A DNA stretch of 63,452 bases, filler included, from Octopus bimaculoides (GCF_001194135.2; 7 parts of 7 records of this genome joined end to end with filler, not necessarily neighbours in it), one strand, 5' to 3'. Positions 1 to 13,865 are shown, counted from the whole stretch's first letter. The notes: generated from the letters alone by a model not told the origin. Translations and numbers: made by a program.

Positions 1-6
1 TTCTAA

Positions 7-37
<31 letters not shown>

Positions 38-56
38 AATAATAATAATAATAATG

Positions 57-98
<42 letters not shown>
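1..98. repeat. (TTA)n followed by (TAA)n microsatellite
   Basis: Read directly from the sequence; orientation flips near position 34. Confidence 0.9.
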
Positions 99-428
99 TC
101 AAAATTAAAAGAAGAGTGCCATTGTTATCTAGTGAACGATATTTCGACATCTTGTGTATCTTCAACGGATTCAAAAAATAAATTTGTCAATCTACTTCAT
201 TTTGGTTAAAATAGAAAGGATTGAGGTAACACCTCCCGAAGATATAGAGTCAAAAATAACAGGAGAGCGGACTCATGCCTTTGGTAGTCAGGGTAATCCT
301 GGATCTGTGGGGCTCTTTGATTGGCCCCTAGTTGGAGTTTCTCCTGTATTATTATGGAATAATATTGCTTACTTTGTATGTTATGTTTATTTTCATCACA
401 TTTCAGCATCTTTTCCATTTCTTTCTCA

Positions 429-732
429 CAGGAGTGGCTGTGTGGTAAGTAGCTTGCTTACCAACCACATGGTTCCGGGTTCAGTCCTGCTGCGTGGCAC
501 CTTGGGCAAGTGTCTTCTACTATAGCCGCGGGCCGACCAAAGCCTTGTGAGTGGATTTGGTAGACGGAAACTGAAAGATGCCCGTCGTATATATGTATAT
601 ATATATGTGTGTGTGCGTTTGTGTGTCTGTGTTTGTCCCCCCACCATCGCTTGACAACCGATGCTGGTGTGTTTACGTCCCCGTAACTTAGCGGTTCGGC
701 AAAAAGAAACCGATAGAATAATTACTAGGCTT
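429..732 (+). mobile_element. tRNA-headed SINE family A, 3' end lost in gap
   Basis: CAGGAGTGGCTGTGTGGTAAG...GGTTCCGGTTCAGTCC head, central (TA)/(TG) microsatellite and 3' half; near-identical to the copy at 58442-58862. Confidence 0.85.
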
Positions 733-1923
733 NNNNNNNNNNNNNNNNNNNNNNNNNNNNNNNNNNNNNNNNNNNNNNNNNNNNNNNNNNNNNNNNNNNN
801 NNNNNNNNNNNNNNNNNNNNNNNNNNNNNNNNNNNNNNNNNNNNNNNNNNNNNNNNNNNNNNNNNNNNNNNNNNNNNNNNNNNNNNNNNNNNNNNNNNNN
901 NNNNNNNNNNNNNNNNNNNNNNNNNNNNNNNNNNNNNNNNNNNNNNNNNNNNNNNNNNNNNNNNNNNNNNNNNNNNNNNNNNNNNNNNNNNNNNNNNNNN
1001 NNNNNNNNNNNNNNNNNNNNNNNNNNNNNNNNNNNNNNNNNNNNNNNNNNNNNNNNNNNNNNNNNNNNNNNNNNNNNNNNNNNNNNNNNNNNNNNNNNNN
1101 NNNNNNNNNNNNNNNNNNNNNNNNNNNNNNNNNNNNNNNNNNNNNNNNNNNNNNNNNNNNNNNNNNNNNNNNNNNNNNNNNNNNNNNNNNNNNNNNNNNN
1201 NNNNNNNNNNNNNNNNNNNNNNNNNNNNNNNNNNNNNNNNNNNNNNNNNNNNNNNNNNNNNNNNNNNNNNNNNNNNNNNNNNNNNNNNNNNNNNNNNNNN
1301 NNNNNNNNNNNNNNNNNNNNNNNNNNNNNNNNNNNNNNNNNNNNNNNNNNNNNNNNNNNNNNNNNNNNNNNNNNNNNNNNNNNNNNNNNNNNNNNNNNNN
1401 NNNNNNNNNNNNNNNNNNNNNNNNNNNNNNNNNNNNNNNNNNNNNNNNNNNNNNNNNNNNNNNNNNNNNNNNNNNNNNNNNNNNNNNNNNNNNNNNNNNN
1501 NNNNNNNNNNNNNNNNNNNNNNNNNNNNNNNNNNNNNNNNNNNNNNNNNNNNNNNNNNNNNNNNNNNNNNNNNNNNNNNNNNNNNNNNNNNNNNNNNNNN
1601 NNNNNNNNNNNNNNNNNNNNNNNNNNATATATATATCTTTACATTTATACTCACATATATACATTCACACACACACACAAACACATATATACACATACAT
1701 ATATACGCACTAGATAGATATACATTGGTACACACGCATATACACAACATGCATATATATATATTTCCATATACACCTCGAAAAGTACATACCAACATAA
1801 GTGTGTATATATATATATATGTGTGTGTATGTATGTATGCATGCATGTATATATGTATGTATGTGTTTGTGTGTATGCATGTATGTATGTATGTATGCAT
1901 GTATGTATGCATGTATGTATGTA

Positions 1924-1970
<47 letters not shown>

Positions 1971-2129
1971 GTCGCCGCGAACTATACTACTACTGGAAGT
2001 TCATCGTCACTCCCTGAACCACCGCCAGTGGCACCACAGATACTATGACCACGACCACGACAACTACCTCAACCAATACTACCACTAGTAGTACACCATT
2101 GCTATTATAACGACTAGTAAGACCACCAC

Positions 2130-2270
2130 CACCACCTGCACCAACACCAACCACCTGCACCAACACCACCTGCACCAACACCACCTGCACCAACACCACC
2201 TGCACCAACACCACCTGCACCAACACCACCTGCACCAACACCACCTGCACCAACACCACCTGCGCCACCA
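2130..2270. repeat. 15-bp minisatellite (CACCACCTGCACCAA), about 9 copies
   Basis: Tandem units read directly; embedded in (ACT)/(ACC) simple repeats. Confidence 0.9.
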
Positions 2271-2329
2271 CACACCAACACCTGCATACTAGACGAGGAC
2301 CACCACCACCATGATTACTACTACTACTG

Positions 2330-2389
<60 letters not shown>

Positions 2390-2699
2390 GTACGCCATCA
2401 CTATGAGCGTCGCCGGAACCGTTTTGACAATCTTGGAAGATTAATGTTGCTGTGAGTCAGCCCTGTACTTAAGACATTCAGGTGCAGTTAGATCATACAG
2501 GACATCTCCGCTGAGACACCGTGTAGATGTGTTGCGGCTGTGCGTGCGCGCGCGCGTCTCTGTGTGTGTGTATCTGTGTGTGTTTGTGTGTGTATCACTT
2601 TTTTGAAATTAGATTTGCAATAATGTGATGCGATATCGTTGAGCATACTCCAACCGAAGCATCTATCTATCTATCTATCTGTTGTATGTATATATTGTT

Positions 2700-2900
2700 T
2701 ATTCTATTATTCGTTGGCTTATTCCATCATCGGAGTGAGGTCATGCTGTAGCACCAGCTGGAAGGGTTTTAGTCGAATAAATCAATCCCAGTTTCGAGTG
2801 TGTTTGCTTTTCTGGTACTTTTTATATTGGTCGTCTTCTGCCGAACTGTACTGCTAAAGTTACTGAGACGTAAACAAACCAACTACGGTTGTCAGGTGGG
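2700..2900 (-). mobile_element. Diverged 3' half of SINE family A
   Basis: Reverse complement resembles 58680-58830 (TTGACAACCG...GGTCGATT...CGACTAAA...CAGCATG). Confidence 0.6.
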
Positions 2901-2938
2901 CATATATATATACATATATATATGTATATGTGAGTGTA

Positions 2939-2977
<39 letters not shown>

Positions 2978-3834
2978 NNNNNNNNNNNNNNNNNNNNNNN
3001 NNNNNNNNNNNNNNNNNNNNNNNNNNNNNNNNNNNNNNNNNNNNNNNNNNNNNNNNNNNNNNNNNNNNNNNNNNNNNNNNNNNNNNNNNNNNNNNNNNNN
3101 NNNNNNNNNNNNNNNNNNNNNNNNNNNNNNNNNNNNNNNNNNNNNNNNNNNNNNNNNNNNNNNNNNNNNNNNNNNNNNNNNNNNNNNNNNNNNNNNNNNN
3201 NNNNNNNNNNNNNNNNNNNNNNNNNNNNNNNNNNNNNNNNNNNNNNNNNNNNNNNNNNNNNNNNNNNNNNNNNNNNNNNNNNNNNNNNNNNNNNNNNNNN
3301 NNNNNNNNNNNNNNNNNNNNNNNNNNNNNNNNNNNNNNNNNNNNNNNNNNNNNNNNNNNNNNNNNNNNNNNNNNNNNNNNNNNNNNNNNNNNNNNNNNNN
3401 NNNNNNNNNNNNNNNNNNNNNNNNNNNNNNNNNNNNNNNNNNNNNNNNNNNNNNNNNNNNNNNNNNNNNNNNNNNNNNNNNNNNNNNNNNNNNNNNNNNN
3501 NNNNNNNNNNNNNNNNNNNNNNNNNNNNNNNNNNNNNNNNNNNNNNNNNNNNNNNNNNNNNNNNNNNNNNNNNNNNNNNNNNNNNNNNNNNNNNNNNNNN
3601 NNNNNNNNNNNNNNNNNNNNNNNNNNNNNNNNNNNNNNNNNNNNNNNNNNNNNNNNNNNNNNNNNNNNNNNNNNNNNNNNNNNNNNNNNNNNNNNNNNNN
3701 NNNNNNNNNNNNNNNNNNNNNNNNNNNNNNNNNNNNNNNNNNNNNNNNNNNNNNNNNATATATATATATATATATACTGTCTTCATAGTTGTTCATTCCA
3801 TCCCGACAAATTTTCTGTACCTGAACAACAGGGC

Positions 3835-3960
3835 TGAGCAAGGGCATGGCCTAGTAGTTAAGAAGTTGGGTTCACGATCATAAAGTCGTGGGCTGGATTT
3901 CCGGACTTGGTGGGACATTGCCTTCTTTTGAGCAAGGCACATCATTTCAAGTTGTGCGAT
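3835..3960 (+). mobile_element. 5' fragment of SINE family D
   Basis: tRNA-like head GCATGGCCTAGTAGTTAAG plus TTGAGCAAGGCAC core shared with 55387-55715. Confidence 0.55.
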
Positions 3961-4429
3961 GTACATCACGTGATGATAGTAGTAGTGGTTTCGTACTGGC
4001 TGGTGGCGGTAGTGATGGTGGGGATAGATATGAAGGCTGTGTTACGGTGGTAGTATTAGTGGTGACAGTGATGGCTTGGTAGTAGAAGTAGTGGCTGTGG
4101 TGGTGTCGGTAGTAGTGGTGGCGGTTGTAGTGGTAATGGAGTTGACGTTATTAGTGTAGTTGTTGTTGTGGTGGTGATGGTGGTGGTGATAGTGTTCGTA
4201 GTAGTAGCAGTGATGGTTTGGCGATGGTATTGGTGGTACTGTTGGTAGTGATAGGGATGGTGTTGGTGTCAGTAGAGGTAGTAGCGGTGTCGTAGCGGTA
4301 TTGGTGGTGTGTAGTTGTCGTGATGGTAGTATATTAAACACCGATACCATGATGGTGGCATTAGTGGTATTGTATTAATTGTGTTGCTATTGTTGTTGTT
4401 GTTGGTGGTGGGCATATTTAGAGTGGCGT

Positions 4430-4590
4430 AACTGGCAAAGTGCCGGACTGTTTAGTTTAGTCCGTCTATGTGTGTTGCTAAGTTTCAAATCTGGCCAGGG
4501 TCAACTTTACCAGACGTTCGACCGAGGTCAACAGAAGACAAAAGATGACCAGGCACATAATGGGTTCGATTCAATCCAACGCATCCTGCC
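4430..4590 (+). mobile_element. Highly diverged SINE family B fragment
   Basis: GGCGTAACTGGCAAAG...TTCAAATCTGGCCAGGGTCAACTTTACC resembles the family B core TTCAAATTCCGCCGAGGTCGACTTTGCC. Confidence 0.45.
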
Positions 4591-4732
4591 TTCGCCAGCC
4601 CCACCTCACCCCCAACCCCCACCATTTGGCCCTCTGCCAATGTGGAAAAAAAAAATGTATCATTATATTATCATTGTATGTAATGACGATGTTGTTATTG
4701 CTTCAATTGGCGGCGACGATGACGATGGTGAA

Positions 4733-4764
<32 letters not shown>

Positions 4765-6189
4765 GGAGGAGGAGGAGGAGGAGGAGGAGGAGGATGGTGG
4801 TAGTGGTGATGGTGGCAATGGTGGTGATGGTGACGATGATGACGATGATGATGATAATGAAGTTGATGATANNNNNNNNNNNNNNNNNNNNNNNNNNNNN
4901 NNNNNNNNNNNNNNNNNNNNNNNNNNNNNNNNNNNNNNNNNNNNNNNNNNNNNNNNNNNNNNNNNNNNNNNNNNNNNNNNNNNNNNNNNNNNNNNNNNNN
5001 NNNNNNNNNNNNNNNNNNNNNNNNNNNNNNNNNNNNNNNNNNNNNNNNNNNNNNNNNNNNNNNNNNNNNNNNNNNNNNNNNNNNNNNNNNNNNNNNNNNN
5101 NNNNNNNNNNNNNNNNNNNNNNNNNNNNNNNNNNNNNNNNNNNNNNNNNNNNNNNNNNNNNNNNNNNNNNNNNNNNNNNNNNNNNNNNNNNNNNNNNNNN
5201 NNNNNNNNNNNNNNNNNNNNNNNNNNNNNNNNNNNNNNNNNNNNNNNNNNNNNNNNNNNNNNNNNNNNNNNNNNNNNNNNNNNNNNNNNNNNNNNNNNNN
5301 NNNNNNNNNNNNNNNNNNNNNNNNNNNNNNNNNNNNNNNNNNNNNNNNNNNNNNNNNNNNNNNNNNNNNNNNNNNNNNNNNNNNNNNNNNNNNNNNNNNN
5401 NNNNNNNNNNNNNNNNNNNNNNNNNNNNNNNNNNNNNNNNNNNNNNNNNNNNNNNNNNNNNNNNNNNNNNNNNNNNNNNNNNNNNNNNNNNNNNNNNNNN
5501 NNNNNNNNNNNNNNNNNNNNNNNNNNNNNNNNNNNNNNNNNNNNNNNNNNNNNNNNNNNNNNNNNNNNNNNNNNNNNNNNNNNNNNNNNNNNNNNNNNNN
5601 NNNNNNNNNNNNNNNNNNNNNNNNNNNNNNNNNNNNNNNNNNNNNNNNNNNNNNNNNNNNNNNNNNNNNNNNNNNNNNNNNNNNNNNNNNNNNNNNNNNN
5701 NNNNNNNNNNNNNNNNTTTTGCTCTTTTTGTTTCTATTTTCTTCTTTTAGTTGTTGCTATCAACCTTATTAATATTCTTTCTACTGTTGTTCATGTTGTT
5801 TGTTGTTGCCGCTGCTCCTGTGATACATTTCTGTTGTTAATATTTTGTTGCTTTGTTTTTGTTGCTCCTGTTGCTGCTGCTGATCCTCTAACAGCTACTT
5901 CCTACACTACAATTACTGTTGTTGTTATTGTTGTCGTCGTAGGTTTTTTTGCTGTGCTTATTGTTGTTGTTACCTTGTTCTTGTTATGTTGTTATTATTG
6001 CTCTCATTTCTGCAGATATCGATGATATACTTATTGTTGTTGTATTTGTTGTTGTTGTTGTTGTTGTTGTGTTGTTGTTGTTGTTGTTGTTGTTGTTACT
6101 ATTATTATTATATTTACTGCTGAACACGACAGACGTATTTTTGAACACCCGAAGTCTTGTTTAAAAATTTTAGTTTACACCAGTTTGTT

Positions 6190-6376
6190 GCCGTTTTTTC
6201 GCTTAAACATTGTTCCAGTTTGTTTATAGAAACACTAAGGACCCTTATGGAGCGCGCGGTAGTTCTGGGGCGGTGGTGTATTTCACCTCCTATCTCAGTG
6301 GCATGCCGTGCCTCTCGGCCAGGGATGCGGAGTTCTGCAACGTGCCGATAACAGCCAGAGGCATACGGAACGCAAT
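6190..6376 (+). mobile_element. Fragment of a second Tx1/L1-type LINE ORF2
   Basis: Translation YFTSYLSGMPCLSARDAEFCNVPITARGIRNA aligns by eye with HFTSYLDSMPHLSSREAEFCEMLIIAEDIRDA at about 9140-9240. Confidence 0.75.
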
Positions 6377-6697
6377 NNNNNNNNNNNNNNNNNNNNNNNN
6401 NNNNNNNNNNNNNNNNNNNNTTAATTAATTAANNNNNNNNNNNNNNNNNNNNNNNNNNNNNNNNNNNNNNNNNNNNATATATATATATATATAATAGGAG
6501 TCAGAAATTGAATATTAATTTGATCAATATCAATTTAAAACCAGTGGCCTAGCAAATTGAAAAATCTGAAGATTCAGAAAAATTATATTACATATATATA
6601 AGAGGGTTGACCACTAAGTGGACATCCATTTTGCTAGAAGAAGACCACCTATCGTCCGACCACTAAGAAAAAATTGTTCTCTTAGAAAACGCAAATA

Positions 6698-7330
6698 ATG
6701 AGTAGTATCTCGCAGGGCACTCTCATGGGGCCAATGCTATTCACAGTGGTGCTCTCAGTTACAAAGATAGCCACCTTTGCTAGCTATGCAGATGATACAA
6801 AAGTCTCTCAGAGGATACAGAACCCTGTAGAATTTGCGCATCTGCAACAAGAGTTAGACACAATAAACAGATGGTCTGGGGAAAACAACATGCAGTTTAA
6901 TGCTGGAAAATTCCAAGTTCTGCACTACCAACACACGAAGCTAAATGAAAAGTAGGCGAGATATACTGGCCCTGGAAAGATTGCAATCTTGAATCAAAAT
7001 CAGTGCGCGACCTGGGCATCGACATGAATAATGATGCATCTTTCCAGGTGCATGTCACCAAGTTGGCAATAAACTGTAGATGGTTGGCTGAATGGATCCT
7101 TAAAACTTGCAGGACGAGAGAACAGAAAACCATGATGATTCTCTGGAGGACATTTGTTCTCAACCATTTAAATTACTGCTTCCAACTATGGTCACTCCAG
7201 AGTGTAAAATTAACGACGGAACACGAAGAAATCCAGTGAAGCTACACAAAGAAGGTCGTCTCAATGTGACATGTCAGCTACTCCCTAGAACGAAGAACTT
7301 TGGCATTGTAAGTTACGCAAACAGTAGAAC
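6698..7330 (+). mobile_element. CR1-type LINE reverse transcriptase fragment, frameshifted
   Basis: SSISQGTLMGPMLF, YADDTK, FNAGKFQVLH, RDLGI, LNYCFQLWS motifs typical of CR1/L2-group RTs. Confidence 0.85.
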
Positions 7331-7389
7331 GGGGCACCACTACATAGTACCAAAACTCCTAACATTGCTATCAGGATACACGCAGTGAA

Positions 7390-10300
7390 AATGAGGGGTA
7401 ACCCCAAAAGCTAAAAAAAAGCCAAAAGGAATCACAAAACAAAAAAAAATGCCCGCATCAACACACTAAAAACAAAACAAAAAACACACTCACAACTGTC
7501 ACAGACACACCTAAAGCATTACTAACCACTCTAGCACCACAATGACAAACTGCCACACCAACAGTACCCCAAATGCAACAACCGACCAAAAGGAAGCACT
7601 CCCAACAGCAACTACGAACAACACAAGCACCAAACTTCGTGATAGTGAGGAGGGCAAATAAAGAATTGGTAGACCTCTTAGCCCGAAGGAAAGATGTTGA
7701 GAGAGAGGGTGTGATCTTTTGCATCAGAACCTTTCAAGTCCCAGAAACACTGGTGTTGGTGCGAATACCTATAGAGGCATATAAACTCATTGGGGAGAGC
7801 TTTCCGCAAGACATGGGAACCCCTAATGTAAAGGCAATGAGTAGGCTTTTAAAGGAGTTCCCAAAGGAACCCTAACAACTCATGGACATTGAGCACCTGA
7901 CCTCCAGCGACACGTGAAGAGTAAGTAGACGCCCTTTTGTGTCTTCTCCAACTTCTGTCCGGTCATCATGGGTTGTTTAAGAGTAGGTAGTATAAACGTT
8001 CGTGACCTGGGGTTCAGCGACCTCAGGTCTATGGATGTGACAATCGTCAGGATTTCCGACACACGCGATGATTTTGAGATTTGCGCATCTCTTAGTCGGC
8101 CTAGAATAGTGGGGGCAGGTGGCAATGCTGTTCAGGGAAAACCTGGACCTCGAAGTACGGACGATCTTCCTGGACCCGGAAGGTAAGTCAGTGGTCATGG
8201 ATATGAGCAATAGCGAAAGTGGTGCTTTCAAACTAGTCGCTGTCTACGCCCCAACTGGGGCAGGGCAGCCAAATTTTTTTAGACTTTTGGAGGTTTTCCT
8301 CGGTGTATCTTGCTTTTTAGTTTTAGTAGGCGATTGGAATGCTATTTTGGATACACGCTTGGATAGCTGACAAGGGTGCAAAATCCTCACAAACCTGCTC
8401 AGTCGTTTCCAATTGGCTGACAGGTACCAACTGGATTTCCCGAATGCAGCAATGTAGACATGGGTAAACAGCACCGGGTCTTCCAGATCGTATTTATATA
8501 GGATAATCTGTAGGTCAGTAGATAGAAGTAGCATAGGTTGTCCACAGTTCAAAGTTGTCGGCTATAAAAGACCGCAAATTTGTGATCTGCGTGATCAACC
8601 TAGATAGGATCCATAGGCAGGGCCCTGGGTACTGGAAGTTGAACGTGTCTTTCCCGGCGCGTCAAGCATTCAGAAACAGAAGCATTCAGTTAGTCCATCG
8701 GAAGTTGTTGGGTACAATCGTTAACAACCATTGGTAGATAGCCTGAAAAGATTAATTAGAGTAGAGGTGGTAGGATTTAGTAACGAAATAGCCTTAGAGC
8801 AATCTAGGATTGAGGGCGAGCTAGTCAGGAAGCTAGAAGAGGCGCTTAGGATAGGCATACTGACTGAGGTGCTGGCGGTGAGATTAGCTCTCGATCAATT
8901 CTTCAAGGCCACGCACGAAATTTGCGTTGTCAAAGCTAAGGCGCGTGCGCTAAAACATGATGGAAAGAAAACCGTTCGATGGATCTGCGTGGCAGAAGTG
9001 CAGCGTAGCAACAAAGTCACAATTCGGTCTTTGACGGGCCGGGACGGGCGCGCACTACATGAATTCAAGCAGATGTGTACGGAATTTGAGCGGCACTTCG
9101 TCGAACTGTTCGGGGCGCGTGGTGTGTTGGGGATGGAGGTGCATTTCACCTCTTACCTCGACAGTATGCCGCATCTTTCGTCCAGGGAGGCTGAGTTCTG
9201 CGAAATGCTGATAATAGCCGAAGACATACGGGACGCGATGACGGGTTGCTCAAGAGATGGTCTGGATGGTCAGCCCTTCGAGCTTTATCTCATATATGCC
9301 AAGCTTGTTTGGTGATCACTTGATGGATATCTACCACAGCAGTACTCTGACCCGAACAAGAGGGACCAAATAGATGATTTTATGCCCATAACTCTGCTGA
9401 ATACAGATTTTAAGATTTTGGTCAAGATGTTATCCAAGAGGGTGGCGCCTGTCGTCGATAAGCTGTTCGGTGTCGCGCAGACATGCGCTATCCCGAACAG
9501 ATCTATCCACGACAATCTCCACCTCACACGCTACATCATAGAGAGAGTAGGGAAGGAACCTGGTATGGGTGGGGATCTGATCAATTTGGAACAATCGAAA
9601 GCTTTTGATAGGGTCGACCATCAGTACTTGGAGGCTGTCCTTGCAGTGGCCGGTTTCAGTGCCGTTTGCAGAGGCTGGATCGCTGCAATGTACAGCGACA
9701 TCTGTTCGATGGTCAAACTAAACAGACACCTATCGGAATCGTTTAGCATCACTCGTTCGGTCCGTCAAGGATGCATACTGTCTCCTCTTCTATACGTGCT
9801 GGCTCTTGAGTCATTACTAAAGGGGTTGGATATTTTGAAGGGAATCCTACGTGATCTAGGATACGGAAAGTTCGTGTCGACTTATGCGGACGACGTCACC
9901 GTAATAGTGTCAGAGAGCTCAGAAATCGAAGTGATTGGCCTTACCTTAAGTGAGTACGAAGCAGCGACAGGGGCAAAGATTAATCAGGACAAATCGGTGA
10001 GCTTGCTGCTCGGCACCTGGTGAGGCAGGTCAATGCGAAGCGACAGCGTGATAGGACACTGGACGGAAGGCCCGGTTAAATTGCTCGGGGGCTGCTTTGG
10101 TTCGGACCACCAGGTGGACAAGAACTTGGGGTAGGTGACGAGCCGGGTAACCAATCTCATTCAGAAATGGGCTGAGAGGAAGCTGTCCCTCAAGGGTCGG
10201 GAGGAGGTGATGCATGTGTACATCGCTTGCGTCATCTACTACCTCCTGACCGTCGTCCTTTGCCCTACTTCGTGACTGATCAAGCGCCTGCTCTTTCACT

Positions 10301-11409
10301 TTCTGTGGAAGGGATATGTTCTGCTCGTCAGACGGTCCATCTGTTGAGTGTGGAGGACCGAGCATGCCGCGGCTAATGATATGCAGACATGCGCTGAGGC
10401 TGCGACATCTCCAGCGATTTCTTGATGGTGAGCAGGTGTGATCGCCGTTTGTCCCAAGATTTTCCACAGCTCATCATCATTGATGAAGCTTCAGTCCTGG
10501 ATCAAGCGTTCACAGCTTTCTGCCTGTCGGGCAACTCGCTCGGTGGAAGTTTCGATATGGAACTTCCATCGATGGAAGTTCCGCTATGGGGGATTAGGAG
10601 CAGGAAAGAGCAACGACATTCCCAGGGAAACTCTGGGAATCCGGAGGGATAAGTTAACTGGTCTTTTCCGGAGTACTTTCGGGTCGGGACCTATGGATAA
10701 CTTCCGAAAATCCCTAGTTTAGCAGTGCTACCTTGGAGCTCTGTCAGTTCGAGACAAGCTCTACAGACATGGAGGTGCTGTCCGAGGTGTGCGCAGAGAG
10801 ACAAAACCGTCCTACATGCACTTGTCCACTGTTCGTGCATTACTGATTTATGGAGCTCTGACGAACAGCTGTTGTCGCGTGTAGGACGGATCTGGTTATC
10901 AACCGAGTCCATAGTGAAGATCGCTCCGCCGCCTACCTTTGGCCGGGAAGGAAAGGCAGTTTTCCTCTGTCTGGTGGCTATAGCGAAGGAGGTAGTGTGT
11001 TGGACGAGATTGAAAGGACTGAAGACAGATACTTTCCTCTTCGGCTAAGCCCTCATCGACTTTCTCAAGTTCCACTTGAAAAGGAAAGTGAGAGTAGAGA
11101 GGGAAGTTCTGTCCACCCAGTATTTTTGTTGAAAGGCGGGTGAATGTGGCGAGTATGACCCGTATGAATGGGTCTCCTCTGAACTTTCGCATGAAATCCA
11201 AAGGAGTTGAGGAGAAAGACGCCTGCTGCAGTGCACCTGGTGGTCGAGATAACCAGGATTGAGGGGTTCCTCTGAATTTTTATTGTTTAATTGTATTGGT
11301 AATTTTATTGTTTAATTGTCATTGTTATCTTATTGTTTACTCGATTTTTGTGTTAAACCACACGTCAACCTAGTTTTGTATTGTCCCTATTTGTTTTGTG
11401 TTCGGTTAC

Positions 11410-11410
<1 letters not shown>
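7390..11410 (+). mobile_element. Near-complete decayed Tx1/L1-clade LINE: ORF1 remnant plus ORF2 (APE endonuclease, RT, C-terminal Cys/His motif)
   Basis: APE motifs RVGSINVR, KLVAVYAP, VGDWNAILD; RT motifs PITLLNTDFKIL, KAFDRVDH, SVRQGCILSPLLY, YADDV; CPRC..(H)ALVHC near the C-terminus; several stops and frameshifts; 3' UTR runs into (TTA)n at 11411-11485. Confidence 0.92.
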
Positions 11411-11488
<78 letters not shown>

Positions 11489-12177
11489 TAGTTTTATTTT
11501 TATAACGTGCTTTCACTTCACTACCGAGCGCAGCTCTGTGCGCCTTGGGTATGTGCTGTGGTTTGCTGTGGTGCTCTTATGTTTACTGTATTGAAAGTGT
11601 TTTTCGTAGAATGTGTGCAGTACCCAGTAGTGCAATTTTTTGTATGTTATATATATTTGTAAGTCCTGGTGTTTTTGTTATGTATTTGTNNNNNNNNNNN
11701 NNNNNNNNNNNNNNNNNNNNNNNNNNNNNNNNNNNNNNNNNNNNNNNNNNNNNNNNNNNNNNNNNNNNNNNNNNNNNNNNNNNNNNNNNNNNNNNNNNNN
11801 NNNNNNNNNNNNNNNNNNNNNNNNNNNNNNNNNNNNNNNNNNNNNNNNNNNNNNNNNNNNNNNNNNNNNNNNNNNNNNNNNNNNNNNNNNNNNNNNNNNN
11901 NNNNNNNNNNNNNNNNNNNNNNNNNNNNNNNNNNNNNNNNNNNNNNNNNNNNNNNNNNNNNNNNNNNNNNNNNNNNNNNNNNNNNNNNNNNNNNNNNNNN
12001 NNNNNNNNNNNNNNNNNNNNNNNNNNNNNNNNNNNNNNNNNNNNNNNNNNNNNNNNNNNNNNNNNNNNNNNNNNNNNNNNNNNNNNNNNNNNNNNNNNNN
12101 NNNNNNNNNNNNNNNNNNNNNNNNNNNNNNNNNNNNNNNNNNNNNNNNNNNNNNNNNNNNNNNNNNNNNNNNNNNNN

Positions 12178-12212
<35 letters not shown>

Positions 12213-12213
<1 letters not shown>

Positions 12214-12420
12214 GGTGGCAAGCTGGCAGAATCGTTAGCACGCCGGGCGAAATGTTTAGCGGTATTTCGTCTGCCGTTAAGTTCTGAGTTCAAATTCCAC
12301 CGAGGTCGACTTTGCCTTTCATCTTTTCAGGGTCGATAAATAAGTACCAGATGCACACTGGGGTCGATGTAATCGACTCAATCCCTTTGTCTGTCCTTAT
12401 TTGTCCCCTCTATGTTTAGC
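12213..12420 (+). mobile_element. tRNA-headed SINE family B
   Basis: GGTGGCAAGCTGGCAGAATCGTTAGCACGCCGGGCGAAATG...GTTCAAATTCCACCGAGGTCGACTTTGCC; follows (TTA)n; matches 60066-60500. Confidence 0.85.
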
Positions 12421-12424
12421 CCCT

Positions 12425-12907
12425 TGTGGGCTAAACATAGAGGGTACAAATATGCGAAGCCCAATACACCCCTCATGACTACCCATCCGATAAAGGTACA
12501 CCAGGTACATGCGCGCGACATGGTGATCGCATACCAAGATAAACAGCACATGACCTTGCAGGTGGGTCCCAGTTAGAATTTTTTCAGGTCGAGTAGCCCA
12601 TCCCACTCAAAAGGTCCTTGAATGAGGTTTGTTTTAAGAATGCTGAACAAAATACCCTTGTTTCAGAGGTGAATTATTCAAACCTCAAATAACTCCTCTC
12701 AAAATATGGCTATGATGCTTCCCCACTACTTCTGATCGTGATCAGAGAGGCACATATCGTCAGCCACTAAAGAAGATGCTCAACTGGTGTAGACCAAACA
12801 ACTGACAAGCCAATCTGTGGTATTGAGCAGAATATTTGATGCAGCCCATCTTTTATATCAAAACAAAACAATGATAGCATTTCCAATCAGTGAAGATCAA
12901 AAGCCAT
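12425..12907. repeat. Unclassified interspersed repeat abutting (TTA)n; partial inverted copy at about 45975-46140
   Basis: GAAGCCCAATACACCCCTCATGACTACCC...CTTGCAGGTGGGTCCCAGTTAGAATT recurs as reverse complement near 46000-46120. Confidence 0.6.
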
Positions 12908-13489
<582 letters not shown>

Positions 13490-13495
<6 letters not shown>

Positions 13496-13690
13496 AATCA
13501 CACACAGCGTAGATGGAACAAACAAGTCAATGCTGTGATCATGGAGTGTTACTATATGCGCAATCCTGTAGACGAAAATGATGTTCATATTAGGAGATAT
13601 CGACGACGTATGTATGACCAATGGAGAGAAAGAGGATTGTTTCAACTCACGGAACAGAGATGATGTGACCAAGCTAGAGCAATAAGAAAA
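13490..13690 (+). mobile_element. N-terminal fragment of an R4/Dong-type element, opposite orientation to the adjacent 3' piece
   Basis: Clear nucleotide similarity to 19205-19410 (RRWNKQVNAVIMECYY...GLFQLTEQR..DQARAIRK). Confidence 0.8.
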
Positions 13691-13865
13691 TCCCAGAGGA
13701 TTTTGTGTCGAATTTCAAGATAGGAAAGAAACAAATGTTTCTTTGGTCTTGATATATTTAATTAAGATACTTCCTCTTACTATTGATAACTTAATCCCAA
13801 CTATTTGGTTACTTGTTGGTTCCTCGAGCGTAAAATTCTTCTGGTCTCAAAGCATAAAAAAACAC

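Noticed and set aside
1-98. (TTA)n/(TAA)n palindrome
   Set aside because: Can form a hairpin, but is a common outcome of opposite-orientation TAA tracts; no further support.
4700-4871. Asp/Glu-rich stretch in ORF 4379-6025
   Set aside because: (GAT)n(GAG)n microsatellite preceded by a decayed SINE; not comparable to the true acidic ORF.
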